A DNA stretch of 64,000 nt from Oikopleura dioica (Eukaryota; Animalia; Chordata). Location: the NCBI GenBank assembly GCA_907165135.1, contig OU015568.1, positions 4,712,001 to 4,776,000 of the forward strand, in the 5' to 3' direction. The notes beneath the pieces are model-generated. The model was not told the origin of the DNA and did not search any database. It was given only the letters and a program-made list of their open reading frames with translations. Both the position numbers and the translations under genes were made by a program. Below are positions 38,569 to 49,218 of the stretch, one piece after another (position 1 is the first letter of the stretch; each line of letters opens with the position of its first letter).

Positions 38569-39006
38569 TCATGCTCTTCTTTCAATAATGATTTTCAAAT
38601 TTATATGTTCCTCTATTTCTAGAGCTTTATTTGAAAATTTTCCTTGATGAAAAAGTACTTGGAAAGCTTCGCAAAGTTTCACTAAGTTTTCAGAAGGTCT
38701 GTTGGTTAGGTATCTCGACCAGGACAACCATTGGGGGCAGTCTTCCTTGATTTCAAATCTTATTTTCGACCAAGAAGTGGCTGCAAATGAAATCTTTCCT
38801 AAGTGATTGTCCGAAATTATTGCTATTCCTTCAACACTCGATCTTAAAATAACAAATAACAAACTCAGCATTCTGTTTTTTCTCTTTTGATTTCGAAAAG
38901 AGTTGAACTCCTTGAAATTAAAGCCAAATATATCGTTTTTATGCATGAAAGATTGATCAAAAAGGAACTTCAATTTATTGATATTGAAAGGCATCGTCGA
39001 TTTCAA
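38569..39006 (-). CDS. AT-rich ORF of 145 aa, no recognisable homology
   Basis: ORF track only. No motif recognised. Confidence 0.25.
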   Translation of the reverse strand: MKSTMPFNINKLKFLFDQSFMHKNDIFGFNFKEFNSFRNQKRKNRMLSLLFVILRSSVEGIAIISDNHLGKISFAATSWSKIRFEIKEDCPQWLSWSRYLTNRPSENLVKLCEAFQVLFHQGKFSNKALEIEEHINLKIIIERRA

Positions 39007-39224
39007 AATTAAAATTCCTGACTTCGGAGTAAATAATATAGGTTTTATGTTCGATCCAGTCCAAGTTCTTTAAAAAGATGAGCCAGCAAATAATTCCAAA
39101 GATCTTTAATTTAAAAAGCGAGAACTCAGGAAACTTTTAACGCAGGAAAGACGTATTATCAAGGTGTTGCTAAGCAAATCTCTGAGCGACCTTTTCTCAT
39201 TAAATATACCGCGATATATAAAAA

Positions 39225-40489
39225 TTGAATCTCTCTCTTGAGCTCATTTCTGATCTTTTCGATGCCGATATGCCAAAAATTGGAAAAATAAGTGTTGAAA
39301 AACGAGAGATTCCGGCAAAATATTTAAATAATGGAAATTACTGGTTCGAGTGGGGGAAAAAACCATCTGGGGCAAAACGCGTTTACAAATGCAGTATATG
39401 CTCGTGAGTTTTATTTTGAGTATGTATAAAATTTTTCATAAAAATACTTCAGCGTTGTTCCGGAGAAATTCTACGGGTTTAATTGCAGCGAGAATACAAC
39501 TGGTAACAATGCATTTTGTCTGGATTGTTCTTCAGTCAAGAATTTTCGTCACAAGCCAAATTGCACTTGCAAAATTTTTGACTTTAATCAAATAACATGT
39601 GATGGAGACAAATGTTCAAAAAACATTCGCTTTAAATGCTTTTACCTTGAATGCACGACTCTTTGGGGAACTGAATTGTGCCCCTCTGCCTAGCGCAATC
39701 GTCAATTTACTATCATCTGACCAAATCATGATCGGTTCTGAACAATAGTGAGTCTTGACCCCGCCAACCAAATGAGTTCTTTCCCAGATAATGCGCGCGT
39801 AAGGGCCTTTTAAGGGCTTCCGCAGGGCGGCACAATTCAGCAACTCACGGATTCCTCTTACTTTCAATGAGTTTCTGGTGCATTATCAAAGCTGTCGGCC
39901 CTCTTCAGCTGCTAGACGTCGTTTTCCAGAAGATCAAGCAGTAAATTCTTTCGTTAACTTCACTGATTCACGACACGTGGATCTCCCTATGATTTCGAAA
40001 GAAATCTTAATTCTCGCGAAAAAGAGATTAAGTCGTTCAGAAGTGAAATGGAACAGATTATTTTGGAAGAAAAATGGAAAAGGAAAGAGCAAACAATCTT
40101 CAAAAAAGGATGGATGAAAACTCAAAGAAGATCGAGCATCTTCTGCAGGATAATGACAGAATTTCTCGGGAAAAACCAAGATTGACAAAAACCTAAAAGC
40201 CTTACTAAAGAAAAAGAAAAAGCAAGTGAAAAAATAGCCAAGTCAGCAAATCAAGGTGGATCATCCAAACATATATTTATTATTTACTGTAATTATAGAC
40301 TTTCAAGAATCTGATGAATATTCTTGCCAGATATGCTTCTTTCCGTTTGATAAGAACCAGCATCATAGGTCCGTCATAGCGAAATGCTATCATTCGTTTT
40401 GTTTCTCCTGCCTCAGTTCTATGGGCTCGAAAGTCTGCCCGAGTTGCCGGGCATCATTTCGAATGTACGATGTAAGAAAAATCTTCTAA
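39225..40489 (+). pseudogene. ZZ-finger / coiled-coil / C-terminal RING-HC gene with apparent frameshifts
   Basis: KCSICS|VVPEKFYGFNC..AFCLDC and ITCDGDKC..IRFKC..ELCPS (ZZ-like). Coiled-coil segments are split over different frames. Terminal C3HC4 RING CQICFFPF..KCYHSFCFSC..VCPSCR. Confidence 0.55.
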
Positions 40490-40766
40490 GAAAACAGATA
40501 TTATTCAATTCTTTGCTGATTTCTATTAATTATCCGCGTTTACTTAGTGGGCCTTATCTTGAGCTTCGACTTTACTTTTTCTTTGATTCGAATTTACATG
40601 GACAATTTTAGATAGTCTCAAACGCAATAAATAAAAAACAAATTTCTTGACATTTACATGTTCTTAAAATCAAGTTGGCATTTTTTAATTATTCAAATCA
40701 AAAACTGGCATATTATTTCTAGGATCTTTAATTACAAAACAGGTAATAATAGGAAGTACTCCACGC

Positions 40767-42400
40767 TCAGTTCGAAATCAGTTGGGCTTGTTTTTGTGCT
40801 TGAAGAAGTTTTTCTTTCAGCGCATTTGCGATCGCCTCAAGTTCAACGCGTTTTTTCTCGGCAAAAGCAAATCGGTCTTCAGCGGCATTGACGAGATCTC
40901 GTTTCTGGCGCACTTCTTCCAAAAGATTGTCTTCTGTGCTGCTGTGCTCGATGTTCTGAAAGGATTTGATTAGAAAGAGGTGGAATCAAGGAAGAAGACC
41001 TCAAGTTCGCGTTGTTTTTGAAGAGCGAGTTGTTCTTCGAGCAGATCTTCGTTGATGTTCCCTCGCTCCTCGGCCTAAAATAGGCATACCCAATCAACCA
41101 AACAAATCTGGAGACAACCTGGTCTCCTCGAGCCTTGACGGCAGCAAGATGCTTTTCCAAAAGAGCAATTCTGACGGTCAATTCTTCGTAATGAACAGTT
41201 CTTTGCTCCGCTCGATCAAGTTCCATCTTCAACTCGCGCTCGTTTTTCTCCTCGTCCAGTTGGAACTAAAAAGATTCATTGAAAGAAAGAGCAAAAGATC
41301 CCACATCAAGAAGGCGTCGATTGTCAAGAGTTCTAGTGGATCGCTCCTGTCGCAGATAGCCGGCGATTTCTTCCATTCGATCCTCGATTCCGAGCTCTTT
41401 TGCGCGAGCCTCGGCGATTTCCTTTTCCAAGTTAGTGGCTCGGCTAGTCAGCTCTGCGCCCAATTTTTGACTTTTATCAGCAGCTTTTTCTAGCGCCTTG
41501 ATTTTTCTTTGCGAGGATCAAAAGATTGAAACATTTTCAAAGTGAAAATCAAGTTTTTTGAAAATTATTGATTCCTTTCCTTCAGTAACAGAAATAAGCG
41601 CATGGGTCTGTCCACTTTGGTCGTCCAACTGCTGGATATATTTGGCTACCTAACTCTTCAAAAATCATAATCTCTCATTTGCCGCTTCTTACCCTTCTCA
41701 CTTCCTCATCAACCTCTTCGAAATGTTCTCGCACATCGCGCAAGTCGGTTTCTAGCTCTTTTGCTCGGACAACGGCGTCCTTTGTCGCTGCGATTTCGTT
41801 GTCCAAATTTGGGTTTCACAAAATACTTTCAAAAAATCACTAAAAATCTCGGATTTTTCTATCTTTTGAAGCTCTAGAAACCCTTTTCTAAATGACGAAG
41901 AGTCTCCTGAATTGTCATTTTTGGATAATGCACAAGAAGAAGGCCCTGAAATTAATCATTTTTTTCATAAGGAAGCCTTTGTAAGATTAATTGAACCTTT
42001 TAAGATCCGCAGGCGATTCTTACTCTCTAACTCTTGCCACACGCTTGATGATCTCTTCGCGCCACTTGTATCCAGAAAAAGGTGATAAGCTATTCTTGCA
42101 CTTAGAGCCTTACGTCACGCTGTAAGCAAAATTTTAAATAACAAAAATTAGTTTATTTTAATCACGAAAATGGACTTTCAAGGCAGAGGCGAGAATTTTC
42201 AATAATCAATCAAAGCAAAAATTATAATAAATTTAGTAGATGGTTATATTCCGGCTTCTTTTAAAAAAAGTCTTCCAGCAGACGCTCTCCTCCTCAGCTC
42301 TTGGGAAAAAGAGTCCTCCGCAAATTTTTCACACGCGAGAAAAGTGAAAAGTCGTTTCTTCGAAGATTCCAGCTGATAGAGCAATTTACCGCGGAGAAAA
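40767..42400 (-). CDS. Long coiled-coil protein, many short exons; 5' end uncertain
   Basis: Heptad-rich exons (RAKELETDLRDVREHFEEVDEE; NLEKEIAEARAKELGIEDRMEEIAGYL; ELDRAEQRTVHYEELTVRIALLEKHL; ALKEKLLQAQKQAQLISN*) separated by GT-AG introns. Confidence 0.55.
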
Positions 42401-43088
42401 ACAAAGAAAAAACGTAATAATGAACAAAAAACTTAACTTTTCTTTTCAAAATTCACTGCTCGTCAAGACTTTTCGCAATTTCGGGTTTTGGGATTTGAAT
42501 CGGACAAAAAGTCGGAAACGTGAATTTTGAAAATAACCCAAATTGTACAGTAAGATTCCGTTAACGAGACAGTAACTGTAGCTGAATGACAGTATGAGGT
42601 CCCGGTGGACTTATTTTTTCAGAACAAAAAATTAAGGAGAGCCTTATTTTTTAGCCTAAAAAGCCTTTCACTTCAATCTCTGTTTTTGGCTAATCAAAAT
42701 GCTGGAAAAACTGAAGGGTCCAATTAGAATCCTTTCATTTAATTTCGGCTTCTTTGATTAGCCAGACTGACGGAAACAATTAGCGTTAGGGGCCTCCTTA
42801 AATTTTAATCATTTCGGAGTAAAAATCAAGTCAAAATTCACGCCGTGATGTTAAAAAAAACCTAAAAATTGATAATTTCTTAATAATTTTTTGTCTCTTT
42901 CATCTCTTTTTCAGCTTTTCAAATACAATAAGCCAATTTTTTTAAAAAGTATCAACTTGAAAAGCTGGAAATATCCTCGTTGTAGTGATTTAGTATATAT
43001 TCTTCAGTATCATTGTGAATTCTGATCTAAGCCTGTTTTTTTTCTGTTATTTTGCTAATTTCACCCTAACTAGTGAGCTTCTTTCAAT

Positions 43089-46000
43089 ATGCCGTCTTCT
43101 GATCGACGAAGAGACGACCGTGATCGCGACCGAGACCGGGATCGAAGAAGGGATGACCGAGATAGGGATCGAGACAGAAAACGAGACACAAGAGACAGGG
43201 ATAGAGACAGAGATCGGAAAAGGAATGGTTAGATAAGCAAGCTTTTTTGTAGATTTAATGGGCTTTTTTTCAGAAAATTAGAGATCAGTATAGGTAAACC
43301 TTGTCCAAGACAAACGACCATTGGTAGACATACCCATACTGCCCACTGATATGCCCAGAAAAGGTTATAAAACCCCATGTTTTCATTACGAACTTCGTAA
43401 TACGAAGCATCTGCGATAGTACTGTTAGATGAAATTAAAAAACTTCACTTGAGGCAAATTTTCATAAAAAATTTTTTCGTGCTCAGAAGATAGAGCAGAA
43501 AATTCTGAGTCGAATAGGCTAGAATTGACCCGAAAATTTTTACTTTATGACGTCAAAAATTGCGTAATAAAGTCCAGATTAGGGCATTTTTGGTAAACTT
43601 TTGGGGAACTTTTAAGGGGGTTTCTGTTGGATTTATTCGACGTTCTATAGCTCAAAAGAATCGCCGTCGAAAACTGAGGGGGGGTTTCCAAGGGTTTTGA
43701 AAAAATTCAAGAAAAAAATTTTGACCATAATGCGACCGGTCGGTTTCAGCGTGTTTCGCTTGGAATTTCTCAAAATCCAAGAAAACCCCCCCTCAATTTT
43801 CGACGGCGATTCTTTTCAGCCCAAGAACGCCAAAAACTCCATCGGAAACCTCTTCAAAAGCTCCCCAAAAGTTTTTGGGGAAATGAGTCATAATGACGTC
43901 ATTTGACGGAATTATAGAGCCGGAAGTGGACCATTCGACTCAGAATTTCCTGCTCTTTCATATTAGCCAATAAAATTTTTTGAAAAATTTGCCTCAAGTC
44001 GACTTTTTAATTTCATCTTACTTTAATTCTAACCTGAAAAGGGAAAAGAGCCGCGACCGGGATCGAGACCGCGATCGAGATAAAAGAAGAGATGATCGCC
44101 GCAGAAGCCGTAGCCGCGATCGCAAAACTGAATCGTAAGAACAGCCCTTCTTTCTTTTTCTCTCAACACTTTCTAGCTCTTCCGCTCCTCCTGCCCAGCG
44201 TTCTCGATCGCGTTCGCCGCCAATGACTGCCGCTCGTCTCGCTGAACTGGCACGTGGCCCTGAAGGCGGTGGTGGAGGCTTTTTCGTACGCGGTGGAGTC
44301 CAACAATCGACGCTCAAAAAGTCCGATAATGTCGACGATCACGTCTTTATGCCTGGCGAGAAAGTCAACATTGCCTACGTCGAGGAGAAGCATGAAGAAG
44401 GCGACGATGATGCCGGAACTGCTCAGGATCGCGAACTTCGCGATGCTCAGCGTGCACAAGCAGGCGACGACTATCAGAAGAAGATGTATGACGCGGCGAC
44501 AAAGTTCTACGGAACTAAGGAGCGAATGGAATTGAAAATGACGGCGAATCGGTTGGGCATGCAATCTGGCTTCAAACCTGGCGGAGGAATCAGAGCTAAC
44601 GAAATCAAAGGCTTCCTGAACATTTGGTGCAACCAGCGACGACTCAAGCCAGAATACGAGTTCATCGAACGGGGAAAGCCGCCCAAAGGAACCTTTATTT
44701 GCAAGCTGAAAATTGAAAGCTTTGACTACATCTCTGAATGCGAAGCGAGGACGAAGAGAGAAGCTCAAGCCGATGCAGCCTGGGACTACGCACTCAAGCT
44801 GGTTTCAATGGGTTATTGTTCCAAAGCTGATCTGCCGAATAAGACCATGGCGACTGTTAATAATCAAGGCTGCGTCCCAACCGAGTGGAAAGCCGTTTTA
44901 ACCGACGACCATCTGGCTGCTGCTGGAAACTGGACGCCGGACAACTGTCGAAAGCGACTGTCAATGTTCTGTAACTTCGAAAAAATCTCATGCGAAATTC
45001 TCAACACTTCTGTCGGACCAGATCACGCGAAGATCGCCATTGCCGAGTTGAAATTGACGCTGCGAAAATATGGCAAGGAATTTTACGCGAAAGAGCAGGC
45101 GAGGACAAAGAAGCTGGCGAATTCGCTCGTTGCTTGGTCGATTATGAAGCAACTTTACGAAGCGGACATGATCGAGGCGTTCGGACAGAGACTGAAGAGA
45201 GCCTGTGAATCGAAATTTTTGCAGGCGGCTGAGGGAGGACCTGAAGCCGGCTATGCGATCGGAAACGACATCCAAGTAGACACGGGAATGAACGAAGACA
45301 CAGGCGATTGGACCCTGGACACCGCTCGTTCCCGCCTTCACGAGTACTTCGCCGCTCGAGGAATCGAAGTTGAATACGCCATGAAAGAAATCGGCTTCCC
45401 GCCAGATCGAGTTTACCAGGCGCTTTTGGTGTTCGAAATCGACGGTCTTCGATACCGCAGTTTCCATGAATGCGACAATAAAAAGATGACCCAGAAAAAG
45501 ACTGCCTTTGATTTGATCGTCCAGCTGTATCATGACAAGAAGATAGAGCCAAATCATGGACGACGAAACTGGGGAGACGGGCCAAACGGAAACATCCTTG
45601 GCCAATTCATGCCAGGAGCATTTATGCCGCCGCAAATGCTCGGACCGATGCATGGACCACGAGACAAGGACGAATTTCTAGTAAAAACGAAGCTCTCCCA
45701 AATCACTCCCAATCCCAACTTCGCCAACGTCGTCAATTCAACTCTACTGATGCTTGAGCGTTTCCTGAAAGAAGTGTCGGAGGAAATGATCGCCACAAAA
45801 CGAGAAGACGATCATTGGAAAGACAAGCCGGACGAAGAAGTGCGCGATTTGATGGGAGTAATGCGGGTCGGAGCTTTGAGCGCAAATACCGTTTTGACGA
45901 ATGAATCGGAATTCATGGTGATTATGATGATGCGAGACAAGCCAACGGCTGGAATGTTGTGCGAAATCGCAGCGAGACTCGATGAAAAAGTGCCGAAAGA

Positions 46001-47554
46001 TGAGGAGTTTCCGTTCACTGTCACGCCTAATATTTTGCGAGGAGGGATCGAAGTCACGAGGGATTGCGTGCCTTATCTGTCCATTATGATCAGCATTACG
46101 AGCGCGATGTGTAGGGAAGATGCTTATGATGATGCCAAAGAACTTTTGAAGGTAAATAATCTTAAAATATCATTAATATTTAATCTATCTTTCAGGTTCG
46201 GCCAGATACTCCTCCCGTCAAAGCAGAGCCACCAGGGGCAGAAACGAAGACAGAAGTCAAAGAAGAAGGAAACGGAGATATAAAAACTGAAGGAACAGAT
46301 GTTCCTGAAGCCGCTACGGCCGACGATAAAGCTCCCGCACAGCCAGAGAATCAGTCTGAAGCCCAAAAAGAGGCTCATGCAGAAGCTTCTTCCGAGGAAG
46401 CTCCTACTCAAGAAGCTCCTGTAGAAAGCGCCTCGGAAACGGTCGAAGAAAAGGCCGAAGAAGCATCAGCAGAACCTGAGAAAGAATTACCGCCATGCTA
46501 TAAAGACCTGCCCTTTACTCCTGCAGATGAACCCGCGCCAGAAAAGCCAGAAGAAGCTATAGTAAATGCCGAAGAAGTGAAGCAAGAACAAGTCGAAAAT
46601 GGGGCGACGGAAGAGGTGGAAAAGATGGAAGTAGATGGCGAAAAAGAGGAAGCAGCAGAAGGAGCTGCGGATTCAACTGCAGAAGATGGTGAAATACCGG
46701 ACTCGCCAACGCCGGATTCGAAGCCAGGATCGGCTAAAGGAAGTCGTCCACAAACTCCGACGCAAGATGAAAATACTGCTGTTGTGCCTGTGGAAATAAA
46801 AGAAGAGAAAAAGCCAGAGAAGAAAGGGCTTCATCACTGTAAGTTTCAACGGGGAAGCCCGACTTCATTTTATCAAAAATTTAGTAATGACGAACCCTGG
46901 CATGGAGAGATTAATCGACAAGGAGCATTGTTTAGCCGGCCTTGCCGAGCTGCGACGAGCGAAGTGGTTCCAAAGCTGTGCCTGCAATGTTCCAAGCTGC
47001 ATTCCAACGATTCGTCTCTTCAGAGACCTCTCTCAGGTACAAACTCAAGCCTTATCTTCTCCCTAACATTATAACCGACAGCGTGTTCAAACATGGGGCC
47101 TCCTTACCGACTGGCAATTGCATTTGCTTATTCAAAAGAGCTTGGAATCGTTCCAGCAGCCGATGCTTCCGTCCGACGCCGTCCGCCGCGTCTTTTGCGC
47201 AGTTTCGGGCGGAGTACTCCTCAAGGGTGGACTTGGAATACGCGACCCTTGCGAGCCAGGAAATGTCGATGCCTTTGAAAATTTGACCGAACAGGATCGC
47301 CACGATCTAACTGCCAGGTACACTCAACTTTGAACTCGGCCACCTGTGCGGAAACCTTAGTCAGAGCGCTAAAAGGGCCGATAGCCAAGCCGCGAAGCTC
47401 TTTCAGGACCCTGACTCAGGTTTCCGCACAGGTTGTCGAGCAAAGATTCAATCCCATCACACCTTTTCAACCCTTTTTTAGTGCCCAACATGCCCTCCGT
47501 CTTATCTGCTTCAATTATTTCTACAAAGTACTTGGTCTTCTTCCGCTGCAATGA
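43089..47554 (+). CDS. RD/RS-rich, three-dsRBD (DHX9-type), DZF-domain protein (ZFR/ILF3/STRBP family DZF)
   Basis: IKGFLNIWCNQRRLKPEY..EAQADAAWDY resembles DHX9 dsRBD1. GNWTPDNCRKRL..VGPDH..KKLANSLVAWSIMKQLY resembles DHX9 dsRBD2, and a third similar repeat starts GDWTLDTARSRL. DZF motifs: LMGVMRVG, DKPT, CLAGLAELRRAKWFQ, PSDAVRRVF, GIRDPCEP, SAQHALRL..KVLG. Confidence 0.88.
43428..44017. mobile_element. 590-bp fold-back (MITE-like) element in intron 1 of the dsRBD-DZF gene
   Basis: GATGAAATTAAAAA..CTTGAGGCAAATTTT..GAGCAG.AAATTCTGAGTCGAAT pairs with the right end. Inner arms AAACTTTTGGGGA.CTTTT and AAAAGAATCGCCGTCGAAAA also pair. TTA flanks both ends. Confidence 0.8.
47343..47432. repeat. 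Family A fold-back element in the last intron of the dsRBD-DZF gene
   Basis: CCTGTGCGGAAACCTTAGTCAG...CTGACTCAGGTTTCCGCACAGG. Confidence 0.8.
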
Positions 47555-49218
47555 CTGTAGTTTTTAAATTAATCGTTATCTAAGTAACAATTACTAAATA
47601 TTAGTTGAACTAATTTAGTTCATTTAAAAAGAATCTATTCCTGTCCTTTATTGTTCATAGAAAGCGTATCCTTGACTGTAACTCTGTGCTTTGAAGTCGT
47701 AACACAAAAAAGAGTCAAGTGTAATTAATAACTTCCTTGTGTATTTGTTCTTTCAGTACTTGACGTCTCGTGACATCGATAATTAGGAGAGTCTTAAAGT
47801 GCGTTAAAAGCTCATCCGTGACCTCAATCGAGGAACGAGTTCAAAAAAGAATGAGCCTATCTGATAATTTGAGTTGTTGCCAAAAAGCTTGCAGTCGCCA
47901 AAAGTTGCTGAAAAGTTTATCAGATTCATAAACTCAGAAGAATCTTCATTCTGACATTTATATTAGTTTTTTAATGCGCAGGTCTTCAACTGTGTCTATT
48001 CTTTCTCATGAAACAACGCAGATGGAGAATTTTGTAACCCAATTTTTCAACAGATTCTTTTGTGGAAACTTTGGCAGTATAAAAATATTCTTCTTGGTCA
48101 TCTGTCATGAGAATCCCACTCATCAGTAGTATTACGTTTTTTTACTGTCATTAAAAGATGTTCCCCTAACACCTCTGATCCAGGAGGTGGACGTAATTGA
48201 AGACCCTTTATGACGTAAATTTTGCTACAGTTAGCGTTCATGAGACAGGATAACTAAATAAGAGTGCAAACAAAGTTCGTTTGGATACTGATACCTGGGA
48301 AATCAGAATAAGAATAAGTCTACTGTGCAAAGAGGGTGTTTTTCTTATGTTTGTCACATAATTTTCCCTCGCATTCTATGTTCACCTTTTTCTGCTTCGA
48401 AAACAATCCTAACAACCCTATATTTGGGTAGCCCAGTCTTGGGGTTCTTTGAAGAAATCAAAGCTTCTTATTGGCTTTAACTCTCCACTGAACCCCATAT
48501 TTCGGGAAAAGGTCGGAAAATGAAAAGGCTCGATCTAAACAGTAGAAATCATCATTGAGTTATTCCAGAATCAGAATTACTTTAACCCAGTAACTAAAAG
48601 CCTCATCGTTTTTGTCCGAGAACAAAGAAGATATGAACAGGCCGGTCTACTGAATAGAATCGCAACATCGAAAAACGATTCGTTGAACATCGAAACAATT
48701 TATCATCCTAGAACGACCTGCCAAGCCTCGGGCGGTGATAACATTCCTTTGACATGCATTTTTTTACTGATTCTAGTGCTCAGAACTGCACCGAAAGCGA
48801 AAGTAGAATTAAGCTACTTTAGCTTAATTTTATTTTTTAACTCGTAAAAACGGCGAGAAAAGAGGGAGCGGCGGTCATTAAGCTGATTCCTGCCTAGAGC
48901 CAAAAAGCTGATTGACGGGAATTAAGTATCTTTTTCATTAAAATTTTGAGAAAGTTTAGCTGCTATGTTATAGCGCCAACAGAATCTCAGGAAACTCCCG
49001 CGCTCTTTGAACAAACACGGGGATAAAAAAAGACCCGAGATCGACTGTGAAAAACTAGAAATCAAAGGACACCCAGAGGATTTTCTACAATTTTCTAAAA
49101 AAGAGAGACATACACTTTTCTACGTAGCAGCGTTCCTACTCTGCTGTCTTCTGATAAGGTGTTTTGATTGATTGGCTTTTGGAATTAGCTCGCTGGAATA
49201 AATAAGAAAGAGAAAAGG

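Noticed and set aside
43089-43222. GAC/CGA/GAT-rich tract as a microsatellite
   Set aside because: It is the coding RD-dipeptide N-terminus of the dsRBD-DZF protein.
44163-45796. Several long minus-strand ORFs (up to 221 aa)
   Set aside because: Antisense shadows of the large plus-strand exon.
47700-48760. Fragmentary minus-strand reading frames suggesting a decayed gene or retroelement
   Set aside because: Short, stop-interrupted frames with no recognisable RT, integrase or other motif.
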